A stretch of 64,000 nucleotides of DNA from a virus. The notes beneath the pieces were generated by a model. It saw only the letters and a list, made by a program, of their open reading frames with translations, searched no databases and had not been told where the DNA came from. The translations under genes were made by a program, and so were the position numbers. The stretch is from positions 1 through 64,000 of the IMG/VR virus record IMGVR_UViG_3300025892_000012; one strand, given 5' to 3'. Below, piece by piece: positions 28,519 through 41,200 of the stretch (position 1 is the first letter of the stretch; each line of letters starts with the position of its first letter).

Positions 28519-29994
28519 ATGCCATCAGCCATCGGCGGTCAATACGGTTTTACATTAGCTACAGATAATACGATTACGGATGTTAATGGTTTTTGGAGAT
28601 TAGCTAGTGGCATTGACACATACACATTCACTTTTTCTGCAGGCGGAACAAAGCGAGGTTCTGAGGGAGATGCTTCGTTACGGGCTGGAGGTAGTTGGCA
28701 ATGTCTGGCATATAATAATAGTGGGTTTTTTCGAGTTGCTGGTAATTTTTCCACCGCATGGCCGTCTCAAGGTAGAGGGTCAGAAACAGTTACTATAACA
28801 TTTCCTGGGTCAAATCCACCCGGAAGCCGTAATTATTTTAAGATTTATGCAAGTCTGACTGATTCACATAACAGTGGAACGTCGGTCATTTCTGGAAAAA
28901 TTCAATATCCTCCTGATAATCTTCCGCCTATTGTTACTATTATTCCAGTATCTATTATTGTTACAAATTCATCTGGTAGTAAATTTACAGCAAGTGATCC
29001 AGCAATAATTAGTGTTTCTGCTGTTGATGACAGTACTTATAATAGTGGTTTAAAATCAATTAATATTGATGGTACAGATTATAATACTTCACCGCAAAAT
29101 ATTCAATATAGTGGAGAAGTATTACATACTGTTACTGCTAGAGCGAAAGACAACAATGATAATGTATCTGCAGATTCCACATATGATTTTTCAATTGATA
29201 CCACACCACCTTCAGTAAGCATAGGTGTAGATGCTACAACCGGAACATTATATACATCAGGCACTAATCCTTATTATAATACAGACACAATAGTTGTAAA
29301 AATAGATACATCAGATTCGGGTTCGGGTCTTGATGATGGCATATTGAATATAAATGGAACAGATACAGCATTTTCTACCATACCTACCCAAACTAGCTAT
29401 CTAGCTACACTTACTCCTACTGAAGGTATAGTTGAAGGTCAAAATGTTGTAAAGTATACATCTAAAGATGTTGTTGGAAATGAAGCAAGTGATGAAGTTT
29501 CTTTTTATGTAGACACAACAGAACCGACCTGTTTTATAGTTATTTCCACTCAAGATAGTATACGTGAAAATAATAGTATTTTATATACAAAAGAATCAAA
29601 TGTAAATGTTAACTTGCATTTTGGAGACGGTGGAACAGATCCAAGTGGAACATCTAAAGGACTTGTAAAAATAAATAATAGTACAACACCAACAGTTGCT
29701 GATTTTTCAAGTGGAATAGATTTATCATCCGAAACATCTCCGAAAAACGATTACAATATTACAGGTCTTGTTGCTGGTCAATTAAATGAATTAACTTTTT
29801 TTGTCAAAGATAAAACTGATAATATTTCATCAGGAGACACAGTATCAGTTTTTGTAGACCAAACTCTCCCAACTGGTAGTATATTAATATCTACTCAACA
29901 ACTAAAATCAACTGTGAGTTCATTAGATCATGCAAACACTGTTGATTTAAAAGTAAAATTAGAACATGCAGATACAGATTCTGGATTATTTTAA
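28519..29994 (+). CDS. Ig-like repeat virion protein (ends mid-domain)
   Basis: Repeats bounded by D..GN / DTT.P typical of bacterial Ig-like domains; the last repeat is truncated. Confidence 0.65.
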   Translation: MPSAIGGQYGFTLATDNTITDVNGFWRLASGIDTYTFTFSAGGTKRGSEGDASLRAGGSWQCLAYNNSGFFRVAGNFSTAWPSQGRGSETVTITFPGSNPPGSRNYFKIYASLTDSHNSGTSVISGKIQYPPDNLPPIVTIIPVSIIVTNSSGSKFTASDPAIISVSAVDDSTYNSGLKSINIDGTDYNTSPQNIQYSGEVLHTVTARAKDNNDNVSADSTYDFSIDTTPPSVSIGVDATTGTLYTSGTNPYYNTDTIVVKIDTSDSGSGLDDGILNINGTDTAFSTIPTQTSYLATLTPTEGIVEGQNVVKYTSKDVVGNEASDEVSFYVDTTEPTCFIVISTQDSIRENNSILYTKESNVNVNLHFGDGGTDPSGTSKGLVKINNSTTPTVADFSSGIDLSSETSPKNDYNITGLVAGQLNELTFFVKDKTDNISSGDTVSVFVDQTLPTGSILISTQQLKSTVSSLDHANTVDLKVKLEHADTDSGLF

Positions 29995-30007
29995 AGGTTT
30001 AAAATAA

Positions 30008-33000
30008 ATGGCAGTAGTTAACCCATCTTGGCTAGGTAGTGGAACTGTAACATACAATTATACAGGCCATTTACTAGTATATGCTCAGGCAGTAAATCAA
30101 AGTAATCCAAGTCAAGTTGGTGGCATAACCATACATTCCATAGGTGCTGAAGGTAATGCTGGAGGCAATGATATTAATAAAACACTTCAAGAATATACAG
30201 GAATTACCTTTAGTTTTAGTGGAGATGCCACAACACTGTATTATGGGGATGGTACAACAATTTGGGAAAAATATTCAGGCCAAGTGAATTCGTCATGGTC
30301 TACTATTACATGGTTATCTGGTTCAACAAGTCGCTTAGATCCAATATTTGATGAAGTTGTGAGTGATGGTTGGGAAGTAGATAGAACTAAACAAATTGCA
30401 CAAATGACTAGTATTCCAGGAGCAAGTGGTTTTTCATATGGAAGTGAGGAATGGAATCATAAATTAGCAGGTGAATCTACATTTAGTCGCAGCAATTTAA
30501 AAAACATATCAGATATTAGTGAATTTGCTGGTGCAGAATTTGACTTTAAGAATATGGATATTATTACAATTTTAGTAGAGAATGCATTAGACTTCGGTAT
30601 TTCATTTCAGGCTTCAGGTGATTTGGCAACTTTATATTGGATTTCGCCTTTTATTAAAATTGAAAAACCAAGTTTACCATCTCCACCTCCAGAACCTGAG
30701 CCAGAACCTGAGCCAGAACCTGAGTCAAGTCCTGCACCTGCACCTAATCCTGAACCTGTTTCTGCAACAGGTTGCTGGGACTGGATTGCGCCGTATGACT
30801 ATCCGATTCAATTTCTAAATTTCAAAAAGAATTATCCAGTTGGTGATGTACCCCCCGGTGTTATGTCTAACAATTTAGAATTTTTTGCTACTGATTTAGC
30901 AGGTGCTCAAAGCATAGTAAAAATAATAAATGATTTTAGACCATATGCATTATCTAATGTTTACACTGATGTTTGGAACATAAAAGATAATGCAGGATAT
31001 GCTCTACTACCTACAAGTGGATATTCCAATGGAGATCACTTACTTGTTGTGAATTTATCGGAAGCCAAAAATGGAAAATATCAAGTTGTATTTGATGATT
31101 TGGGTGTAACTGTAGGTGTAATATTTAAATCTGGAATAGAAACTGAGAATGTAACATTAAATGATACAGCTTTGTATAGTATGACGTTTAGTTTGGCAAC
31201 TTATACTTGCGGTGGAGAAAGTAGTGCACCGGAATCTAATCCCCCATCTTCATCAGAAAGCACACCAATTAGTCGCACAACAGTTACACCACCAACACAA
31301 CCGGCTACACCAACACAGACTTCATTAACTGGTGGTTCTATATTACTATTACATTCAGACACTAACCCACCAACTCAGCCAGCTACACCAACACCTGCAG
31401 ATTTTTTTGCATTCGGAGCGTCTGTATCTCCAGCGACATCATCATCTACAGACCCATATAGTTTTAACAGTGATTTTATTAGTGGAACTTCTCTGACGAA
31501 TAATTCTATTAATACAATTTATTATTATTTAATGGATGTTGCGCAAAATATTTCAAGTCTTGGTTCAGTAACTTATTATAAAGATATGGATAAACCTACT
31601 AACATAGTAGTAAATCCAACTATAAATTCACCATATACAGCGGAATGGTTAGGTGTAAATAAACTATTTTCATTCACTGGCTCAGTAAATGTTTGTGATA
31701 ATCCAACTCCTGCTAATGGTGTAGGTGGAGGAACAGGTGCGAGTCCTGCAGGTTCAGGTATTATAATTGAACATTTTGAATATAGTAATGCGAGTACACC
31801 AAGCTCAGGTACTTCATTTCAAAATAATATAAATGCAACACAATGTGTTGTCTTTGATTTAGGTTCAAGGCCGGATACGTATGTTAATATTGCAGCACAA
31901 GCAAATGGAACTGATTACTATCTACACTACAATACTAAAGACAAAGCATTAAATACTTCTGATTTTATAAAATTTGATTTTAAAATAGACAATGATGATC
32001 CTTATATTTTAAGATTTAATAATTCTGGAGGATGTACACGTATAGCTCAAGATTACTTATATGTAGTTCAAGAAGTAACAGATAATACATCTGGAGTTGT
32101 TTATTATAATCAAGGTTCATCTAAAACAGGTTCTAATAAAATTACACTTACAACTAATTATGTGAGTCCCAACCATTTAGATATATTTCAACAAGTTCAA
32201 ATCGGTTCAACTCCAGGGGCAGTAAATGTTTTCATAGAAAGTTATGACCAAGCCGAAAATCATGTAGATAATATATTCACTGTAGAGAGAACAAGTCAAA
32301 CAATAAATTGGATCACTCTTACAGGCGCTAGGTCTTCTATCTCACCTTTTGTGGTAGAAGGTACTTATAAAGCAGAAATTACTCCAACAAGTCCTGAACT
32401 TATCAATGGGTTTTTCCCAACAGCAAACTTATATTATTCACCAATGGGTACAGATTATGATACTTCAGTAGGTTCTCAAGCTATTTCTGAACAGGACTTC
32501 AGAATGTTAGTTAAAGATACAAATACAAAAGATGCTATTATGTATCTAAGAACCGATGGACATCCACATGCGTGTGCTACTAAAGCATTTACATTTACAT
32601 CAATTGATTATTCTACACTAAGCGCAACGCCACCAACTTTATCCATTGTAGAAGAAAATCAATTAACATGTACGAATAAATCAGATAATTACTACAGACT
32701 AATTGCAACTGCAGGAAATGTTACTGCAGATGGAACGACTACAGTGAATGGTGATTTAATTATAGGCTATAAAATAACAGAATCATCTACTTCTCCTGGT
32801 ATACAACCAACTTTTAATGATGTAACAGGTAAATTTGAGGATGTTACTAATGTAGGATGGACTGTTTTTGTAAGTGGAGTAAATTCTTTTGATGTAAACA
32901 AAGAGTTTTCATTTGCGGCAAATTCTTTTGGAACCAAAACTCTTTACTTACATATAGCTACTATGGCATATAGTGGTTTATATGCTTCTGTAAGTACAGG

Positions 33001-35170
33001 GTTAACATTTTCTGCATCAACACAGATAGAATATGTAAATGATTTTCAAGGACCAACATTATCAAATGTTCAAGTAACAGATTCTAATGCTGTAACAGAA
33101 AACGCAACATTAACTTCTGGTATAGCGCCTGAGCAAACATTTACTAAACCAACTGAAGTAACGGCAGATACTATAACTATTTCTGGAACATTAACAGATA
33201 ATTTAACTTCTGTAGGATGTACATGTGTTAAAAGATGGGTAGTAGGAAATTTTGGAAATCCACCCCCATATACACTAACAAAGCCTGGTGTTTGGAATAT
33301 TGTTTCCGGTACACAACAGTCTATTAACTTTACACAAGTAGTAACTTTAAATAGACCAAATTCAACAAAATCAATTTATGTCTGGGCTGTAGATTGTGTT
33401 GGTAATTTGTCTAAAAATAAAATAAGAATTACATTAAATAATCCCGCTTACGCAATACCTGATTGTGGTCAAGAAGCTGGTAATGTATTTAAGTTTGAAG
33501 GTAAAGCAGGTGATGAACACAGACTAAGAAAAACTATTTCTGCTATGTATGGAGATGGTGTATTTCATGTAGGATTTATTTCAAATAAAACAAGTAAAAT
33601 TAGATTAAATCGTGTTCATAAATTAAGTGAATATAGAGGATTAAAAATTATAAACAAAGGTAATAATGATGCACATGAAAATCTACCAATACCAAACGAA
33701 CCTTTAAAATTTTCTGATTTTTTTCCTCACAAAATACCAAGAATAGATGACTTAACTATTGTTCCATTTATACCTCCTGTTAGTCAGCCTGCAGTAACAA
33801 ATGTTCCCCAATATGTTGGTGATACAAGGGATATCGCACTCACGTTAGATATTGACACTGGCAATAATATTGTTGACCATAAATTACCAATGAATGATAA
33901 TCTTGTGGATGACAGTGCAAAATTCTTCGTAGATTTTATAGAAGAAGGTTCGGGTTTAGTGAAACCCAGAACATTCTCTTATAATCCAGTAACAGGTCAT
34001 ATTAATAATTTTGTTTTTGATAAACCTGGAGTATATTTTATAATAGGATTTTCTTCTTTTTGTCAATCAGTTAGTGCAACATATAGAATATATAAGAAAG
34101 GCGCACCTTTACCACCAATACAAGGTCCACCTATTGATGTACCTGTACCAATAGGTAATCCAGGCGGAACAACACCAGTAACCATACCATTTTTTATAGA
34201 CCAAGTTTCGCTTGCTGTAGATGCGGCTTTTGTTATAGACCGTTCGGGTAGTTATGTACCCGGATTTTCAAATGCTATGTATAGTACATTATCAGAATCA
34301 TTAGATGCTCTTGATTCATTTGCTAAAAACACTACTACAAATTCAACAGATTCAAGATATTCAGTAGTTTGGTTTTGGAATCCAACATCTAGAGGAGGTA
34401 TAGAAACTGCTCAAAATTGGACTTCTGATAGAAGTAAAATAGATGCCGCTGTTGCTAAATATAAAGATAGTGGGTCTGGTGGTTGGGAACCCAAAATAGA
34501 AGCTATTGCGAGAGTAGCAGGTGAAGACTTAGTAGGTCCTTGGAGAGAAACCGCACTTAAATTAGTATTGTTATATTCGGATGAACCTGACGGCGCTCCA
34601 ACAAATACTTCAGCAGGTTCTTCTGATAGTAAATATACTTCAGCAAATTCACCAGATTATTTTATTAATAAATTTGTTGATAATAAAGTTGCATTACTTA
34701 TTTTTGATGCTGGTTTGAATTATTCAGATCGTTCAGACCCAATAGGTCCTGGATCTACTATTAATCAAGATAATTTACTGAAGGCTATATCAGATACTAG
34801 CGAAAATGGAAGTGTTGTACAAACTTTGGGTTTAAGTGCCAGTTCAGCAGATATTGTTAATGCAATAAACAAAGCGTTTGATAAATATAAAGAAGGATTA
34901 AGTTTTGATATAGAACCGGATTTATCTACACCTGCAATATTTAAATCAAAATCTGCAAATTCAGCGCATCCTGCTGGTACACCTGTACCCATTCCATATA
35001 ATAAATTAATTGATGATGGGTCACGTAAAAAAGCATTATTTGATGTTTTATTAGATAATGATGAAGTCTATAGTTTAGGTACTCAATATATCATAACATT
35101 TGTAACTATATATAACTCTTCTGACATACCGATTGCTAGAAAAATGATAAGAATTAGAGTTGTGCCTTGA
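30008..35170 (+). CDS. Large adhesin-like protein: novel N-terminal domains, Pro linkers, Ig-like repeats, fibre-docking motif, vWA domain
   Basis: PEPEPE linker; D..GN repeats; LSEYRG...FSDFF; MIDAS motif FVIDRSGS with downstream LLYSDE. Confidence 0.7.
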   Translation: MAVVNPSWLGSGTVTYNYTGHLLVYAQAVNQSNPSQVGGITIHSIGAEGNAGGNDINKTLQEYTGITFSFSGDATTLYYGDGTTIWEKYSGQVNSSWSTITWLSGSTSRLDPIFDEVVSDGWEVDRTKQIAQMTSIPGASGFSYGSEEWNHKLAGESTFSRSNLKNISDISEFAGAEFDFKNMDIITILVENALDFGISFQASGDLATLYWISPFIKIEKPSLPSPPPEPEPEPEPEPESSPAPAPNPEPVSATGCWDWIAPYDYPIQFLNFKKNYPVGDVPPGVMSNNLEFFATDLAGAQSIVKIINDFRPYALSNVYTDVWNIKDNAGYALLPTSGYSNGDHLLVVNLSEAKNGKYQVVFDDLGVTVGVIFKSGIETENVTLNDTALYSMTFSLATYTCGGESSAPESNPPSSSESTPISRTTVTPPTQPATPTQTSLTGGSILLLHSDTNPPTQPATPTPADFFAFGASVSPATSSSTDPYSFNSDFISGTSLTNNSINTIYYYLMDVAQNISSLGSVTYYKDMDKPTNIVVNPTINSPYTAEWLGVNKLFSFTGSVNVCDNPTPANGVGGGTGASPAGSGIIIEHFEYSNASTPSSGTSFQNNINATQCVVFDLGSRPDTYVNIAAQANGTDYYLHYNTKDKALNTSDFIKFDFKIDNDDPYILRFNNSGGCTRIAQDYLYVVQEVTDNTSGVVYYNQGSSKTGSNKITLTTNYVSPNHLDIFQQVQIGSTPGAVNVFIESYDQAENHVDNIFTVERTSQTINWITLTGARSSISPFVVEGTYKAEITPTSPELINGFFPTANLYYSPMGTDYDTSVGSQAISEQDFRMLVKDTNTKDAIMYLRTDGHPHACATKAFTFTSIDYSTLSATPPTLSIVEENQLTCTNKSDNYYRLIATAGNVTADGTTTVNGDLIIGYKITESSTSPGIQPTFNDVTGKFEDVTNVGWTVFVSGVNSFDVNKEFSFAANSFGTKTLYLHIATMAYSGLYASVSTGLTFSASTQIEYVNDFQGPTLSNVQVTDSNAVTENATLTSGIAPEQTFTKPTEVTADTITISGTLTDNLTSVGCTCVKRWVVGNFGNPPPYTLTKPGVWNIVSGTQQSINFTQVVTLNRPNSTKSIYVWAVDCVGNLSKNKIRITLNNPAYAIPDCGQEAGNVFKFEGKAGDEHRLRKTISAMYGDGVFHVGFISNKTSKIRLNRVHKLSEYRGLKIINKGNNDAHENLPIPNEPLKFSDFFPHKIPRIDDLTIVPFIPPVSQPAVTNVPQYVGDTRDIALTLDIDTGNNIVDHKLPMNDNLVDDSAKFFVDFIEEGSGLVKPRTFSYNPVTGHINNFVFDKPGVYFIIGFSSFCQSVSATYRIYKKGAPLPPIQGPPIDVPVPIGNPGGTTPVTIPFFIDQVSLAVDAAFVIDRSGSYVPGFSNAMYSTLSESLDALDSFAKNTTTNSTDSRYSVVWFWNPTSRGGIETAQNWTSDRSKIDAAVAKYKDSGSGGWEPKIEAIARVAGEDLVGPWRETALKLVLLYSDEPDGAPTNTSAGSSDSKYTSANSPDYFINKFVDNKVALLIFDAGLNYSDRSDPIGPGSTINQDNLLKAISDTSENGSVVQTLGLSASSADIVNAINKAFDKYKEGLSFDIEPDLSTPAIFKSKSANSAHPAGTPVPIPYNKLIDDGSRKKALFDVLLDNDEVYSLGTQYIITFVTIYNSSDIPIARKMIRIRVVP
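30689..30724 (+). repeat. 12-bp tandem repeat x3 (PEPE linker)
   Basis: CCAGAACCTGAG x3. Confidence 0.9.
31289..31394 (+). repeat. Imperfect 28-bp direct repeat (PPTQPATPT x2)
   Basis: CCACCAACACAACCGGCTACACCAACAC at 31289 and CCACCAACTCAGCCAGCTACACCAACAC at 31367. Confidence 0.8.
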
Positions 35171-35232
35171 GTAGTAATCTAAATAAAAAAAATACTTATT
35201 TAAAATTAAAAAAACACCACTGAAATAAAAAT

Positions 35233-38200
35233 ATGGCAATTACAGGAAGCATCTATTTAAGTACCGCAGCTATTGTATTAACTGCACCTCCAAAATATCA
35301 ATTAACATTCAATGTCAATGCAAACAGTACAAATTTATTAACAAAATATCAATTATTTGTTGATAATGTTCAAGTGGGTGTAGATCAAATTATAAATCCA
35401 AATATTAATAATTATTCTAACACAAATATTGCATATGCAGTGGATGGTACTGGTTGGCATGATATAGGTATTTTATTTTTTGATGATCAAGGAAACACAC
35501 AGTTATTTACAACTAGAATATATTTGGATTTAACAAATCCTATTTTAAATGGGTTTGCTTTAAATAGAATAGAACGTGATGCCACTAATGATTATGTAGT
35601 TTACTTTGATATAGATGTTTCTGATGAAACTGGTATTTCAAGAACTAAAATTATAAATTCAAATGATGGCACTTCCTCTGAAGTTTTAGTGCCGTTAAGT
35701 TTTAATGATTATCGGGCTGAACAAAGTATAGTTGTTCCTGGATTTAATAATAATGTCACAAAAGATTTTTATTTAGAATGGGAAGATTATTCTGGTAATA
35801 TAATACAAACTACTTCTCCCATTACTGTATTTTTTACAAATACTTTACCTGTTATAACAAATTTTGAGGTAAAGGAAATTACACAAACAGCAACAGATTA
35901 TGTAGTTACTACAGAAATTGGAACATCTTTTGCTAGTTATCAAGATATTATAGAATACTCTGTGACATATGAAGACCCTGCTTCTGTTTGGAAAAATATA
36001 TTAATAACTACTAGTGGTGGTGTGATAACAGATACATTCACAATACCACTTTCAGAACCAGCAGGTTTAAAAACATTATATGCAAAAATTAAAGATAATT
36101 ATCAAAATGAATCAAATGTTTTTCCAATTAATCATCTTATAGATAAAGTTAACCCAATAGGTTCTGTAAAATTAGAATATGCAGAAAAAATTGGATCAAA
36201 TTACTATGCTAATGTTAAATTCACAGCAACAGATGCTGGTCTAATTTCTCATTATTCTCATAATTTTATAAGTGAAAACGTAACAAATTGGAATGTAGTT
36301 AATCCTAAGACACAAACTTTTAATAAATTTAAAACGTTTAATTTAGGAACTAACGGACAATCTGTGATGTATGTTAAATATCGTGATTTTTCCGGAAATC
36401 TTTCTCCAGCATATCAATTGCCACTTGATATTGACACAACAAATCCAGAATTTGAATTTTCATTTGATCATGGTGAATTAAGAATTGATGGTGATTATAA
36501 TGCATTTTTTCATTTACTTGCAAGTGATAATAATAAAATAAAATTTATAAAGTTATTTGGTGTAAATCAAATAACGTCAAATTTAATTGGAAGTAATAAT
36601 TGGGTACAGATTGCCGAAACTAATCAATATGAAGAAATAAGACCAATTGTAATACCCGCAACAGAAAATGAAGATATTATAAAATTTTATTATCAAGTAA
36701 GAGACCTGTATGGAAATTATAGTGCTTTTAAAACTATAGATTTAAATTTTGATAAAACAGCACCAGTAGTTAATACATTTACATATAAAGATGCGGAGAA
36801 ATATTCCACATACCATAGAATACATTTTGATTTTAATGCTACTGATAATTTAGGAATTATAGCTTATAGATTAGGTTTTGATGATATCACTGTAGAATCT
36901 TGGATAAACGTAACAAATACAACAAATTTAGATAAGTCTGTATATGTAGACTTATATAATGCTAATGAACTTGGTGTTACCAAAGATGTATTGGTTCAAG
37001 TAAAAGATGTTTTTGGAAATGTAAGTAACATAGCTTCTTATTCTGTCAAATTAGAAGATCAATCACCACTCGGTTCTCTAACCTTTGCTGGTGGGGGATT
37101 GTCACCTACAGATTTCTTATTAGATTTTGATATAACAGGAGTAGATACTGATAGTGATGTTTATTGGTACTCATTAGAAATTGACGATTCAACAATTACA
37201 AATTGGTATAAAGTAAACACACCTGGTTTAAACATAGCTCAAGTTGTGCAAAAGACACTACCAAGAGCCAGTACAGGAAGACATAATTTTTATTTGAGAG
37301 TAGCAGACATTTATAAAAATGTGAGTCCGACTTATAATTTAGAATATGATTTGGATTCTATTGCAGTTGTTGGTGGTTTGGAAGTAGACGATATTGAAAA
37401 ATCTGCATTAAATTATACAGCAAATGTTCATTTATATGCATTTGATAACAGAAAAGTAAAATCATATTCTTTAAATGGTGGTGCAGATACACTTCTTGTA
37501 CCAGCAGTAAAATCATTTGATGATTATGTTTTAGTTCCTCTCGGATTAACACCTGGCCAAAAGCAAATAACTGTTCAATACAAAGACACTTTTGATAATT
37601 TATCAAATACATATAGTGTTGTTTTTAATTTAGATAATATTGACCCACATAGTAATATAGTATTCAATAATGCTACATCTAATACTACTACTATGTTTAT
37701 GAATATAGATACTCATTTAACAGATAATCAAGATGTTTATGAGTATAAATTTTGGTATGTTGGAGATTCAGAACCGTATGATTATACTACACTACCAAGA
37801 GGAATAGTTAATACTACAATAAATAAAATCTTTGAAGTTCCTAAATCAGATACATTTCCTCAATTTACAGTCAGGGTCAGAGACTTTTTTGATAATGAAC
37901 ATAGCAACACTTTATCTAAAATAGTAACTACTGTACCACCAACAATCAATTCACTTACTGTAAATTCAATTTCCTATACAGTTGCTGGTATTAATGTAGG
38001 TGTAGATTATGTTGTTACTGCGGATAATAATTCAACTGTAGATTACTTAGATGTAGTTGTAAATCCATCTGGCGCAACACAATTAGATGCATTTACTGTA
38101 AATATAGATCCGAATGTTGTAAACGCAACCGGTACTTTTTATTATGACTTTCCTATAATTTCAAATTTTAATTTTGAAGTGAAAGCTTATTCTGATTATG

Positions 38201-41200
38201 GTTATTATTCTGCTCCTTCATACTTAGCACAGAATTTTGATTCAATCGGTCCAGTTATAAGTAATGTTACATTTTTAGGAAGTTTTGATGATAACAATGA
38301 TTACATTCTTCAATTCAGAATTCAAGGAACTGATGCAACAAGCGGTATTAGAAAAATACAAGCAACTGCATTAACTACTCCGAATCCAATTACGACTTCT
38401 TATACAATTGATTTAACTAATAATTTAGATGAAGTTGTTCATTTAAGATTAGATAGGTCAAGTACATCAAATTACATTGATGTTTCATTCATACTATTTG
38501 ATTTATTAGATAATCCTTCAAATTCATATACACTATCCAATCTTTACTTAGATAGTGATGCACCTCAGATTTCAAACACAATCTTTAATTTAAATAAAAA
38601 ATATGGAGGTTCTGTATTACCAGGTGCAAATACTCCAAATATTGAAGTTTCCTTTGATGCTTATGATTTTTCAAACATAACACATTATAAGTATTCTCCT
38701 AATTTAACAGAAACGTATAATGCCAGTTGGACATCAATAGCTGAAGCACAAACAATATCTGTAACTGAAACTGTAAATTTAGATACGTTAGGATTTGTTG
38801 AAGGTGCTAGAGTATTTTACTTTCATGTAAGAGATAGATTTAACAATATTGCAACTGCTGGCATAAATGTTGAATATGATAAAACACCGCCTTCTGTTTC
38901 TACTACATTTTTAAATAGAATAGAAAGAGCAAATGTAGCCGGCATTGATACATTTGTAATACCATACACATTAGCTTATTCAGATAATTATTCAGAAGTT
39001 CTTACTTTACATGAAAATTATGAATACGGCACAACATCATCAAATACAATTTCTAAAAATTTATTACCTCAAGTAACTTCAAATACTGTTACTGAGCGTC
39101 ATTATGTTCCTGTAAACTATTATGGAGATACTACGATTAATATTGCTTTAGAAGATAGATTTGAAAATGTATCTGCAAATTCATCTTTTAATGTATTCTT
39201 AGAGAATAATCCACCAGTTATACATTATGCTAAAATTAATAATGGTGCTGTGTATACAACATCAAAAGATGTTTATATAAGAATGGATTTAAGTGATGAC
39301 CAAGGTGTGACTGAAAGATTGTTTTCTACAGCTAATAATGAAACATGGAACAGTGTAGGATGGGTTCCAATACCATATGCACCAGCAAGAAATATAACAC
39401 CTACGTTTAGTGTTGATTTAGAAGCCCTTGGATTTACACAAGGTACTTGTAATGTTTATGCATACATCAAAGACTTTTGTCAAAATATAAGTAATACTGC
39501 TCAAACTATTATATATGATTATGAACCCCCTGTAATAACAGATTTCAAAGTTAATAATATAATCAGAAACATTAATACATTTGAAGTAAGTTTAAATGGT
39601 TATTCTTATGATGTTACTTCTGGATTGGATACATATTATATTTCTCAAAGTAATAATCATAATACTTATAAATCAGTACCTAATGCACCTGTAATTGGAA
39701 ATACTCCAATATTGTTTAATCAAATTGAAAGCATATCAAATAAAGACACGGGTTGGAAATATTTCTATTTCCAAACTACAGATGCAGCAGGAAATATATC
39801 AGCTAAAGCAAATACACAAATATATATTGACGGTTTAGCACCTGTTATAGCGTTTTTCCAACCTACAAGTACAATATCAAAATACTATTTGAATGCTGCT
39901 AATAATGAATTTGAATATATTGTTTCTGATGATTATGCCTTAACATCTATTCAATATGAAATAGATAATAGTGCATTGTCAGTTGTAAACACATATGATG
40001 CTAATAATAATATATTATATGATGCAAATACTTTCTTAGCTGATTTCAGTAGTTTAGTAGATGGAGAACATACCATTTATCTAAATGCATTTGATAGTTT
40101 CAATAATAGAGTAAGAATTCCATATGAATTTTACTTTGATAATACACCTCCAGTCATAACGAATTATGACTTCAAAAAGATTAAACCTGTTGTTCCTGAC
40201 AGTACACACTATGATGTAGAACTAAGATTATCTGCATATGATAATGTATCAGTTGATTACTATGAAATTTATGTAGATGGTAATTTACTTTCTTCAGTAG
40301 ATGTTGATGCAGTTAACTTTAATCATACTCCAACAGTTAATACAACTTTAACTACTATGTTTGAATCTGACTTAGACATGACATTGGCACTCATAGTAGA
40401 TGGTTATGGTGGTGGTAAAATTCTTACTGTAGCAATGGTAGAAAATTATACAGGAACTCAAACAGAAGATGACCAAATTAAATTGTTTGCAAATGTTGAA
40501 TTAGGTATACCTACAACTGAAATTAATACATATGCCGTTTTAGGAAATGATATAGATATCATTACACAAAATACTATGCCAGGAGCAACCACTACATTGA
40601 GCGATGAGATAACAAGCATTAATTATGGTGACCCTGCATTTCCTACAAATCCATATACTCTAATACAATTACAATATGAGACTGGAACATTTCCATTCTT
40701 GCCAACATCAACATTGTCAAATTATATAACTAATAATTATTCTTATTTGGTGGGTACAGGACCTTCACCAGGGAGATATAATACAGCTTATGTAACTGGT
40801 AGATTTACTGATTTAAGTGTTAAGAAAGAATTGCATCATTATGTTGTTAAAGTATATGATAATGCCGGTAATATGACTCAAGGTACATTATCTAAATTCA
40901 TACACAATGGTGATAACTTAAAGATTGAGAATTTTACTGTAGATTCAGTTACTACAATAAATAGAACAGATATTTCAGATGAAATATTTCAAGCAGATAT
41001 TTCAAGTGATGTTGATATCATTGAATATGCATTAACAATACATCCGCAAATAGATTATGATAGTGCATTATGGAAAAATTTTGTAACTCCTGCAAACACA
41101 ATATCTTATACTGAAACAGTAAATACTGACATCTTTGCTGTTAGTACGCTATCTACAAACAAAGTATATTTACATGTGAAAGATGATTGCGGAAATGTTG

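Noticed and set aside
29980-30010. +1 frameshift at TTT-TAA fusing the 491-aa and 1720-aa ORFs
   Set aside because: The +1 frame meets TAA at 30005-30007, immediately before the ATG, so a simple shift cannot fuse them.
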